A stretch of 64,000 nucleotides of DNA, from assembly GCA_943704425.1 (NCBI GenBank), contig CALSCP010000945.1:1-64000 (forward strand), read 5' to 3'. How positions within the stretch are numbered: position 1 is the first letter of the stretch; each line of letters begins with the position of its first letter. The notes under the pieces are model-generated. The model did no database searches, had not been told where the DNA came from, and saw only the letters and a list, made by a program, of their open reading frames with translations. The DNA is from Ministeria vibrans ATCC 50519. Taxonomy: Eukaryota; Protista; Filasterea. The translations under genes were made by a program, and so were the position numbers. This document shows positions 27,862 through 39,832 of this stretch, one piece after another.

Positions 27862-30800
27862 ATGCGACGAGAGATTTTGTCTCTTGCCCTCGTGGCGTGC
27901 TGCCTCATCTCGTGGACACAGGGAGCAGTTCTCCCCAACGCTGCGACTTTGTTTCGCGATTCTCCTACCGCTCATCAGGTACCCTCTCCTCCTCGCTTTC
28001 ACCAGCTTAGCCCATTGTCTGTATCTTCCCGCCCCTCTCGTTTGCCTCTGACCCCAAGCGGCTCCACGCTCTCTCTTTTTTTTGCCGTCGGACGCTTTTT
28101 TTTTTCTGTTCAAATCTCCCTCTCATCGACAGTCGCAAATCATGCGCCTATGGCCTCTTGCCAAGAGCCCAGTCGCCTTTGCTTGAACTCAATAGAAGCA
28201 CCACACGCGTGTCAGCTTGCATTCCTACAAAGATATTCTTTCTTTTTCTTTTTTTTTTTTTTTATGAATCCATCTCACTTGTTCGCTTCGCTTCTGCTTC
28301 CCTCTCCACGTGCCTCCCATGTCCTGTTGTTGCTTGCCTCCGTGCCTTTCCACCCGGCGCACCCTGTTCCATCGTCTTGGTCGCATCCCCTCGCATGATT
28401 CATGCCGTGGAAGCCGTCTCTGCCGTTTGGCCGTGTCTTTTTTTCACAACACGAGCAGAAAAAAAAAAAAAAAAAAAAAAAGACACTGATGAGCGTAACT
28501 GCGAAAATCCGCTCGATCGTGTCGCCCATATGCTGCCCTTGTCCACCGACCTTGCAATTGTGTGGATGGTATTGTATTTGAGTTGGGAATATGCTGAGAG
28601 GTTCTTTTTTTTTTGAAAAGGGAAAGAAAAAAAAAACGGTCTCTGCTTTTTTTTTTTCTCTCCCTCTCTCCTCGAGCCTTGTGTTGCCTCAATCTCACAA
28701 CCCTTCCATGTTTGCCGGTTACATTTCAATGATTCAGTGTTCATTTGATTTGCTTGTTGATTGACAGCCCTTTTTTCCCTCTAATTTTTTTTTCTAACGT
28801 CCTTTGCGTCTCCTCTCCTCTCCTCTCCTCTCCTCTCCTCTTCTCTGCGACTCACACCCACTTTCGCCGTCCTTTACAGCGTCAACGCCGCGACAATACG
28901 TGTCCCGGCACAGGGTGCGCCAACGGCGGAACATGCAATGGCAACACTTGCGAGTGTTCCGTTGGGTACGGTGGCAACGTGTGCGACACCTTTGTAGGCT
29001 CGTGCAACGCGTCGCCATGCCAGAATGGCGGTACCTGCAGTGGTTCGGACGCGGCAGTCCTCTTCCAGAATGACGCTACGGATTTCTCCGACTTTAACGA
29101 GGTTCGTGGTGTGAGCTGTGGCGTCGAGTCACACACATTTGCCAACCGTCTCTTCCGCATCTACGAGCCCTGTGGCGACGCCAGCTACTCCGGCTCCTCG
29201 ATTGATATTTCTCATATCGAATTTGGAATCCAAAGCATGGATGGTGACGTGTCCGGCAAGTCGCTCACGCTGCGCCTTTCGTCCATTTCCTCTGGCAACG
29301 TCGCCAGCCCAGCCTTGTCACACCTCTCGACCCTTGCGACCACCACCGTGTCGCTGAGTACGCTTCAGACTGCCTACAACGTCGGTAAACAGTACCACTC
29401 GACGGCTTTTACCACTCCCGTGACAGTCACATGTGGCGATTATGTTGTGGCCGAGCTGAGCAGCCCCACGCTTGCCGGCAAGAATGCCCACGTTTTCTTT
29501 TCCATCAACGGTGCGGCGAACAGCGAGAGCGGTGTGTCCTACATCTCCGCCGAACCGTGCACGCAGACCGGAAAGGACCTGCTCACTCCCATCACCTCCA
29601 CCTTCCCCAACCTTGGTGACGCCATTGTCATCAATCTTCGCCTCGACATCGACTCCGCCACCGACTGTACCTGCACCACAGGTCTCACTGGTGATCGATG
29701 CGAGACTAACATTGACGACTGTGCCTCGAACCCGTGCGAGAACGGCGCCACGTGCAACGACGGTGTCACCTCGTACACTTGTAATTGTGCCGCCGGCTTT
29801 ACTGGCACTCATTGCGAGAACGATATTGACGACTGTGCCTCAAACCCTTGCGAGAGCGGTGCCACCTGCAACGACGGTGTCACCTCGTACACTTGTGACT
29901 GTGCCGCTGGATACAACGGCGACAACTGCGAGAACAACATTGACGACTGTGCCTCGAACCCGTGCGAGAGCGGTGCGACCTGCAACGACGGTATTACCTC
30001 GTACACTTGTGATTGTGCCGCTGGATACAACGGCGACAACTGCGAGAACAACATTGACGACTGCGCCTCGAACCCGTGCGAGAGCGGCGGCACCTGCAAC
30101 GACGGTGTCACCTCGTACACTTGTGATTGTGTTGCCGGATACAACGGCGACAACTGCGAGAACAACATTGACGACTGTGCCTCGAACCCGTGCGAGAGCG
30201 GTGCGACCTGCAACGACGGTATCACCTCGTACACTTGTGATTGTGCCGCTGGATACAACGGCGACAACTGCGAGAACAACATTGACGACTGTGCCTCGAA
30301 CCCGTGCGAGAGCGGCGGCACCTGCAACGACGGTGTCACCTCGTACACTTGTGACTGTGCCGCTGGATACAACGGCGACAACTGCGAGAACAACATTGAC
30401 GACTGTGCCTCGAACCCGTGCGAGAACGGTGCCACCTGCAACGACGGTGTCACCTCGTACACGTGCGACTGCATGGCTGGATACAACGGTGACAACTGCG
30501 AGAACAACATTGACGACTGTGCTTCGAACCCGTGCGAGAACGGTGCCACCTGCAACGACGGTATCACTTCGTACACGTGCGACTGCATGGCTGGATACAA
30601 CGGCGACAACTGCGAGAACGACATTGACGACTGTGCCTCGAACCCGTGCGAGAACGGTGGTACCTGCAACGACGGTATCACCTCGTACACGTGTGACTGT
30701 GTTGCNNNNNNNNNNNNNNNNNNNNNNNNNNNNNNNNNNNNNNNNNNNNNNNNNNNNNNNNNNNNNNNNNNNNNNNNNNNNNNNNNNNNNNNNNNNNNNN

Positions 30801-33800
30801 NNNNNNNNNNNNNNNNNNNNNNNNNNNNNNNNNNNNNNNNNNNNNNNNNNNNNNNNNNNNNNNNNNNNNNNNNNNNNNNNNNNNNNNNNNNNNNNNNNNN
30901 NNNNNNNNNNNNNNNNNNNNNNNNNNNNNNNNNNNNNNNNNNNNNNNNNNNNNNNNNNNNNNNNNNNNNNNNNNNNNNNNNNNNNNNNNNNNNNNNNNNN
31001 NNNNNNNNNNNNNNNNNNNNNNNNNNNNNNNNNNNNNNNNNNNNNNNNNNNNNNNNNNNNNNNNNNNNNNNNNNNNNNNNNNNNNNNNNNNNNNNNNNNN
31101 NNNNNNNNNNNNNNNNNNNNNNNNNNNNNNNNNNNNNNNNNNNNNNNNNNNNNNNNNNNNNNNNNNGATACAACGGCGACAACTGCGAGAACGACATTGA
31201 CGACTGTGCCTCGAACCCGTGCGAGAACGGTGGTACCTGCAACGACGGTATCACCTCGTACACGTGTGACTGTGTTGTCGGCTTCAACGGCGACAACTGC
31301 GAGAACGACATTGACGAGGTATTCTATTAATAACAGTTTTTCTCTTACCTCCTTAACTTTTGTTTGTTTGTAATAGTGCGCCTCTAATCCTTGCCAAAAC
31401 GGAGGCACGTGCGGCCAAGGCAAGCAGGTCACACTGACGGCTCGCCAGGACCTCGCGTCGTCATTGACTTTGTTGGTTCCTATCTCCGGCGCTCCTGGCG
31501 TCGGCGGCGGCACCATCGAAATTACCACGCGAGGCGACATCAGCCAGCTTAACGAATTCTTCACCGTCAGCGGCGGTAGCTCCTACTCGCAAAAATTCTT
31601 CAACTCGGTGTTCACTCAGGACTGCCTTGTTGAGACCGAGAAGTACTCTTTTACCCAGGCCAACTTTTTGGACGTTCTCAACAACGGCAACCTCGACTTT
31701 ACCGTCACACTCTCAGCTGATTTTGATCTGACTGTCTTCTGCGGCACCCAAGGCGACTTGATTGACTATGTTATCAAGTACGACGCTGTCGTGCCCGACC
31801 ATTACATGTGTACTTGTCCCGCAGGCTTCACTGGCACGCACTGCGAGCAAAACATCAACGAGGTATGCTTGTTCTGTTATTTTAATAATAATATTAATTA
31901 ATATGTGTGTAGTGCGCTTCGCAACCGTGCATGAATGGTGCGACCTGCAACGACGGGAGTGCCCAGTATTCTTGCACGTGTGTGGACGGCTTTGTTGGAG
32001 ATAACTGTGAGAGTGAAGTGGACGAGGTACGAATCCAAACAGGTTAATGCAACATAAAAAATTCAACCGTGCTGTTGTTGTTTTTTTTTTTCCTCTTGTT
32101 TATAGTGCGCCTCAAATCCCTGCGAGAATGGCGGTACTTGCAAAGATCTTGTCAATGCCTTTGAGTGCATCTGCTCCAACCCCTACGGTGGTGAGACGTG
32201 CGAGCTTCAGCGTGGACCTGATCCCTGCTTGTCGAGCCCATGCTCCAACGCCGCCACTTGCCATGTTCCGCGCCTTCCCACTGGCATGATGGCCATTGAG
32301 GAGTTTAACGAGTTTGCCATCAGCAACCCCAACATCAACGTCGGCATGCAGCAGATTGGCTGGCGCTTTCAAGTGCTCCAGACCATCTCCATCACGTCGC
32401 TTGGCTTCCTCGATATCGCTGCTATGCTAGGCCAAGGCGTCCTCCAGGACACACACCGCGTTGCCATCTACGACCACTCGGGTAACACGCCGACGCTTCA
32501 CGCCGAAGGGATTATCGACTCGACTACACCACTCGACCAGACTAACTGGGTCCGCTACACCGACCTGGTCTTTGGCACGCTCGTGCTCACCCCGGGAATT
32601 TACGTCCTTCAGGGCTTCATTCCTAGTCCTCGTGACCGCTACTTCGTCAGTGGCTACAACCTCACCACAAGTGCGGGTATTAACTGGACTGGTCGCTGTC
32701 AGTGTGTCGATTCCTACGGTACGGACGCCTGCAACGACTGCTCCACCGAGACTGTTGGTCGCTACGGCCCCGACTTTACTTACCAAATGGGTGATGCTTT
32801 CTCGTTCGAGTGTTCCTGCCACGCCGGCTTCGAAGGAACTCAATGTGAGACTGATACCAACGAGGTATGTGGGGAAAAAACAAAACAAAAAGAGTTCATA
32901 CTTTGCCTCATTCTCTTCCCCCTTCTTTTTTTTTAAAGTGTGACTCAATCCCGTGCCAAAACAGCGGTACATGCGACCAAGGCAACTCGCCCGACTTTGT
33001 TCAGTGCACTTGCGTGACGGGCTTCACCGGTCAGTGGTGCGAGACCAACATGGACGACTGTGTCTCCAACCCGTGCGAGAACGCGGGCACCTGCAACGAC
33101 GGTGTCGCTTCGTACACTTGTTCGTGTGTGACCGGTTTTACCGGCGCCCATTGCGAGACGGACATCAACGAAGTACCGCGAAAGAAAGAAAAAAAAGCAC
33201 AAACACACTCTCACACGCCGCACGTGTTCTTTTTCTATAGTGTCTCTCGTTCCCTTGCGCGAACGGTGCCACATGCGTCGAAGATTCGTCGCCTGATCTG
33301 TACAGCTGCTCGTGTATGGCCGGCTACACCGGTGACCATTGCGAGTCGGACATTGATGAGTGCGCTTCGGTCCCCTGCGAAAACGGCGGCACCTGCGTCA
33401 CCAACATTTTCATTAGTCAGAACAACATCATCGTCAACCTGGATCAGTTCACTTGCCTGTGCCCCCTTGGCTACACTGGCGATCAGTGTGAGACAGATAT
33501 TGACGAGTGTGCGTCGAGTCCGTGCCAGAACGGTGGTGTGTGCAGCGAGGGAAACCAGGCCAACTTCTACATGTGCGACTGCCCCGTTGGCTGGACCGGT
33601 ACCCAGTGTGAATCCGTCTACGGTACGGACACGTGCCTCTCGTCCCCCTGTACCAACGGAGGTACCTGCAACGTGCCCGGCCCCAACCCGCCGCCGGAGT
33701 ACGAGGCCGTCACCAGCTTTGGCAACTCGCTTCTGAGCAGCGACACGGGAGACCGTGTCATCGGCTACAAGTTTACCGTCAGCCAGACTGTCTCCATCAC

Positions 33801-36800
33801 CAAGCTGGGTCTGTTCAAGAGCCAGGCTGCCTTCAACCAGGATCACGTCGTCCAGGTGTACTCGTCGAGTGGCACACTCTACGCGCGTGCCCTCGTCACC
33901 GAGTCAAACTCGCAGCACAACGGTGACAACTTCTACTACACCGAACTCATCTGGGGCACGCTTGTGTTGCAGCCCGGCTCGTACCATGTGACTGCCTTCT
34001 TCGCCGATGCTTCCATCGATAACTACTGGGTGCAAGTGCTTAATATTCAGACGCACCCGCTCATCACTTGGGACGCCCGTTGCTACTGCGCCACCACCGA
34101 CCCGGAACACATGTGCACCAATTGCAACGCCGAGGAGATTGGCCGCTTTGGCCCCAACATCATTTTCGAGCTGGCCGATGTTTTCGACTTTACCTGCGAC
34201 TGTAGCGAGACCTTCACTGGACACATGTGCGAGACTGAGCTTATTCCATGCGATTCGCAACCGTGCACCAATGGTGGTACCTGCTCCAGCTCGGGCCTCG
34301 ACATCTCGTGCACCTGTGTCACGGGCTTTACTGGCTACCTGTGTGAGTCGGACATCGACGAGTGTGCTTCCAGCCCGTGCGAGAACGGCGGTTCCTGCAC
34401 CGAGGAGCTCTTCATTGGCAACGGTCAGACCATCTTGAATGCCAACTTCTTCGTGTGTCTGTGCCCCGACGGCTACTCAGGAGATCAATGCGAAAGTGAC
34501 ATTAACGAGTGTGCCTCGAACCCATGCCAGAACGGCGCCACCTGCAACAACCTTCTTGCCGCGTACTCATGTGCCTGTAGCAGCGGCTGGACTGGCGTCG
34601 ACTGCGAGAACAACTTTGACGAGTGCGCCTCGACACCGTGCGAGAACGGCGCCACCTGCAACGACCAAGTTGATGGCTACGCGTGCTCGTGCGCCGCCGG
34701 CTGGACCGACACTCACTGCGAGACCAACATTGACGAGTGCGTTTCGACACCGTGCGAGAACGGCGCCACCTGCAACGACCAAGTTGACGGCTACACGTGC
34801 TCGTGCGCCGCCGGCTGGACCAACACCCACTGTGAGACCAACATTGACGAGTGTGCTTCGAATCCTTGCGAGAACGGCGCCACCTGCAACGACCAGGTTG
34901 ACGGCTACACCTGCACCTGTGTCGTCGGGTGGACCGGCGCACGCTGTGAAAGTGATATTGACGAGTGTGCTTCCAGCCCGTGCGAGAACGGCGGTACCTG
35001 CACCGAGGAGCTCTTCATTGGCAACGGTCAGACCATCTTGAACATCAACTTTTTCGTGTGCCTGTGCCCCGACGGCTACTCAGGAGATCAATGCGAAAGT
35101 GACATTAACGAGTGTGCCTCAAACCCATGCCAGAACGGCGCCACCTGCAACAACCTTCTTGCCGCGTACTCATGTGCCTGTAGCAGCGGCTGGACTGGCG
35201 TCGACTGCGAGAACAACTTTGACGAGTGCGCCTCGACACCGTGCGAGAACGGCGCCACCTGCAACGACCAAGTTGATGGCTACGCGTGCTCGTGCGCCGC
35301 CGGCTGGACCGACACTCACTGCGAGACCAACATTGACGAGTGCGTTTCGACACCGTGCGAGAACGGCGCCACCTGCAACGACCAAGTTGACGGCTACACG
35401 TGCTCGTGCGCCGCCGGCTGGACCAACACCCACTGTGAGACCAACATTGACGAGTGTGCTTCGAACCCTTGCGAGAACGGCGCCACCTGCAACGACCAGG
35501 TTGACGGCTACACCTGCACCTGTGTCGTCGGGTGGACCGGCGCACGCTGTGAAAGTGATATTGACGAGTGTGCTTCCAGCCCGTGCGAGAACGGCGGTAC
35601 CTGCACCGAGGAGCTCTTCATTGGCAACGGCCAGTCCATCTTGAACATCAACTTTTTCGTGTGTCTGTGCCCCCAAGGCTACTCTGGAGATCAATGCGAG
35701 CAAGATATTGACGAGTGTGCCTCGAACCCATGCCAGAACGGGGCCACCTGCAACGACCACATTGCAATGTTCACATGCGACTGCGTGGTTGGATTCACCA
35801 GCGCTGATTGTGCCGTCAACATTGATGAGTGCGTTTCGACACCGTGCGAGAACGGCGCCACCTGCAACGACCAAGTTGACGGCTACACGTGCTCGTGCGC
35901 CGCCGGCTGGACCGACACTCACTGCGAGACCAACATTGACGAGTGCGTTTCGACACCGTGCGAGAACGGCGCCACCTGCAACGACCAAGTTGACGGCTTC
36001 ACGTGCTCGTGTGTCGCTGGGTTTATGGGAACGCACTGCGAGACCAACATTGACGAGTGTGCTTCAAACCCTTGCGAGAATGGTGGCACTTGCTCCGATC
36101 AGATCAATGGCTACACCTGCACGTGTGTGGCTGGCTGGACTGGCGGCGACTGTGAGACAGACTTTGACGAGTGTGTGTCGAAGCCGTGCCAGAATGGCGG
36201 TACCTGCACCGAGGAGCTCTTCATTGGCAACGGCCAGTCCATCATGAACATTGACTTCTTTGTGTGTGTCTGCCCCGCCGGCTTTGCTGGTGATCTGTGT
36301 GAGACGGACGTTGACGAGTGTGCTTCGAACCCGTGCCACACTGCGGCCACATGTACCGATGCCACCAATGGCTACTCGTGTGACTGCCCCGCAGGCTTCA
36401 CCGGCAGTGACTGCGCCACCGACATTGTCGAGTGCGCCTCAAACCCGTGTGAGAACGGCGCCACCTGCAACGAGGAGACGAACGGCTACACGTGCTCGTG
36501 CGCCGCCGGCTGGACCGACACTCACTGCGAGACCAACATTGACGAGTGCGTTTCGACACCGTGCGAGAACGGCGCCACCTGCAACGACCAAGTTGACGGC
36601 TACACGTGCTCGTGCGCCGCCGGCTGGACCGACACTCACTGCGAGACCAACATTGACGAGTGCGCCTCGACACCGTGCGAGAACGGCGCCACCTGCAACG
36701 ACCAAGTTGACGGCTACACGTGCTCGTGCGCTGCCGGCTGGACCAGCACCCACTGTGAGACGGACATAAACGAGTGTGCCTCGATTCCGTGCCAGAACGG

Positions 36801-39084
36801 TGGTACCTGCACCGAAGAGCTCTTCATTGGCAACGGTCAGTCTATCCCGAAACAAGACTTCTTTGTTTGCGTGTGCGCCGACGGCTTCAGCGGTGACCTG
36901 TGCGAGACCAACGAGGATGAGTGTGCCTCTAACCCATGCGCCGACGGAGAGTCGTGCGTGGACGGTGCGAATGGCTACTTGTGTGAGATGGCCGGCATCA
37001 CGACGGCGTGGCTTCTGGATTCCGCCATGAGCATCGCGGATGGCACGGACGCCGCCGTGGGTGCCACCGATCCATTTGACGAGCTCTTTGCGTACTCCTT
37101 TGACGGCACCGACCGTCGCGTGGTGGCCGCTGCAAACACTCCTACGGTCTTCAACAGCGGTATGTACCTGGGCTCGTGGGTGAAGCAGGCGGAGAATAAC
37201 CGTGGCTGGATTGCCATCAAGGCAGCAACCGCGCGCTACTTTGGTCTCTTCTCTTCGGGCACCAACGATCAGATTTGGTTCGAGCACTCGGCCGGCACGC
37301 TCAAGTTTTCGGGTGCGGTTGTCGACGATGATGAGTGGCACTATGTTGCCGCCACCTACAGCGTGTCGACATTGACGGTGCGCGTCTTTGTGGACGGTGT
37401 CGAGCTATCGCTTGTCAGCGGCACCAATCCGCTGACGGCTGCCCTTGACTTTGGTGGTTCCAGCGTGGACATTTTTGTTGGCCAGCGTCCTCCGGCCAAC
37501 TTTGGTCTGTCGGGCTCACTCTTTAGCACGGTTGTTTCGTCAAACCCCTCGCCTTCCATGTGTGCCTTTGCCGCACGCAAGCGTGACGCGGCCCAGCCCG
37601 CTGGTGGCGTGTGTGCCAACGGTGGCACCTGTGCCGACTCCAACGGTGGCTTCGTCTGCACTTGCTCGGGCAACTTTGATGGCCCGCTCTGTCGTGAGAG
37701 CACCCTCGTCGAAACTGTCTGGGCAATGGACACGGGCAAGAGCACTCAGGTGGGCAGCGTGACGGCCGGCGCGAGCGATCCCTTCTCCGGCACTAACGCC
37801 TTTGCATTTGGTGGCGCGGGTCATCTTGCCATTTCGGGCGCGGCCATGCCGACCGCTCCCATGTCCGGCTTTACCATTGGTTCGTGGGCCATGCAAACGA
37901 GCGGCACTTCTGGCTACATCATCGAGCACGGTCAGAGCTCAGATCTCCGTTACTACGGTATTTTCTCGCGTGGCTCCTCGGACACGCTCGAGTTCTACTA
38001 CCTTGTGTCGGGTGCCTCCAAGTACTCTGTCATCGCATTCACTGGTGCAACCATTGACGATGGCGAGTGGCATCACGTGGCCGCGACCTACGATGCCACC
38101 AATGACGCTGCTCACATGTTTGTTGATGGTGTCTCGCTGACGGCGACGGGTTCGAACAGCGTTGACGTGGCCGGCATTGACGAGGGCACTGGTGGTGCTC
38201 TTGTGGGCCGCCGTGTGCACAACAACGGTGCCTTCTCCTTTGGCTTCAGCGGCAGCCTCTTTGGATCGTTCATCACGAGCAAGGATTCGCGCAGCCTGTG
38301 CTCCATGGCCTCGCGCGGTTTTGACGGCGCCTCAACCGACGGTGTGTGCGGCGTGGGCGGTACATGCAGCGACAGCGTCGACATGGGCTTCACGTGCTCG
38401 TGTGGCTCGGGTCTGTCGGGCGTCACCTGCCGCGATGGTGCTTCCACGCCAGTGCAACTCATTGAGGCGGCAACCGCCGTGAACGGTGCCATAATCAATG
38501 GCAATATTGCCACCCTCGACGGTGGCATCCAGTACGTGCAGGTGCCATTTTCGTCGCTCCCGGCGCCCCAGCCCAACATGGGCAGCTTTGTCTTTGGTGC
38601 CACCGTGGCCGCGCAGACTGGAAACTTCTACGTGTTCTTCAACGGCATCAATGGCCTCGGGGCGAATCGCGAGTACGCGCTGTTTGTGGGCACCGATGGT
38701 TCCATCCGCTTCTTCTACAAGACGGTGTCGGGCGCCTTCAGCGCCAGCAACTTGGGTTCGTTCCCCATCGACGGCACTCTTGCACACATTGCGATCCGCT
38801 ACAACCAGGCCACAACAAGCGTGACTGTGTATGTTGATGGCGTCCAGACTGGTTCGGCGACACTCTCAGGTGCTCTTGCCTTTAGCCACAGTGGACCCCT
38901 GGTTCTCGGTGCGCGTCTGAGCACAAGCGGCACTGCCTCGAGTTTCGAGCTCGACGGTACCATCACAGGTGCTGTTCTGTCCACCGATGGCTCTTCCTCC
39001 ATGTGCCAGATGACTGGCGGAAGCGTGTGCTCAGGCGGCCTGTCTAACTGTAGCGACAACAACGGAGGCTACCAATGCCTTTGA
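27862..39084 (+). CDS. Giant secreted cbEGF-repeat protein, paralog 1 (signal peptide, EGF arrays with 4 inserted domains, 3 LamG-like domains, no TM); 7 exons, one internal gap
   Basis: Signal peptide [21 protein letters not shown]; introns 27979-28879, 31319-31376, 31863-31912, 32027-32105, 32865-32938, 33173-33240; dozens of DIDECxSxPCxNGxTC repeats; LamG-like [16 protein letters not shown]. Confidence 0.9.
29707..31318 (+). repeat. Near-perfect 114-nt coding tandem repeat (one cbEGF per unit), spanning gap 30706-31166
   Basis: Unit encodes [11 protein letters not shown](S/N)G(A/G)TCNDG(V/I)[18 protein letters not shown]. Confidence 0.95.
34340..36920 (+). repeat. 603-nt super-repeat (4 standard EGFs + 1 extended-loop EGF)
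   Basis: [11 protein letters not shown] begins at 34396, 34999, 35602, 36205 and 36808. Confidence 0.92.
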
Positions 39085-39832
39085 TTGCCACCATCAATTT
39101 TTTTTTTCGTTTATGCAGAGGAGAGAATGAGAGAGCGTTTTTAGAGTGGGCATTTTTTTTGAGAGTGCAGAGAGAGGAATATAAAAGAATACAAAAAGTC
39201 ACGTCTTTTTCATGAAGTGTTTATGTCTTGACAGCACAGAGCGTCGTTTTGTACTACCCGTGAAACCTTTCAAATAAACCAAAGAAAGAGCTGTACTCAA
39301 TGTCAAAACAAACAAGGATTTTACACAATAAAACTATTAGAAAAAAATTGACCACAAAAAGTAGTACAATGCTTCCGCTATTAGCTATAGGTAAGACAAT
39401 TGAGCGAGTGGGCTCATTGGGCGTTAGGCTAAGTGATGGCTAACCCTAAAAGTTTGTGTGTTCATAGATCCACTACAATTATAAAAACATGATTGTATTG
39501 ATGTTTGTTTAATACTTGAGATTTGAGACTTGAGAACTAACTGCTTAGAGCTATTTTGAGCTATTTCTATTTTCCAATTCGATTTACTATTTAGAGCTTA
39601 TTCAGTTATTCTTAGGCGATACGCCCTCGCGGGACTGAAAACGGACTAATTATTTTTCCTCGATCAACAAACCAAAAAAAAAATTAAAAATAATTATTAA
39701 AAATTAAAAAATCATTTTTATTTTATTCGTTTAGTGCAAACGGCTCAGTCGGACCCTTGTTTGATTTGAGTTGCGCTACTTGTTGTTCTTTTTACAACCC
39801 TTTTCAGCGTTGTCAAGAGAGAAACATCGAAA

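Noticed and set aside
28487-28597. TGATGA...CTGA flanked by A and T runs in intron 1, resembling a C/D snoRNA
   Set aside because: I could not recognise an rRNA antisense guide, and such short boxes occur by chance; a snoscan or Infernal hit would be needed.
29707-31318. Regular repeat array superficially like CRISPR
   Set aside because: There are no unique spacers; units are in-frame 114-nt EGF coding repeats in a eukaryotic gene.
39440-39451. Telomere-like TAACCCTAAA word (similar words near 7411 and 61299)
   Set aside because: Single short copies with no array.
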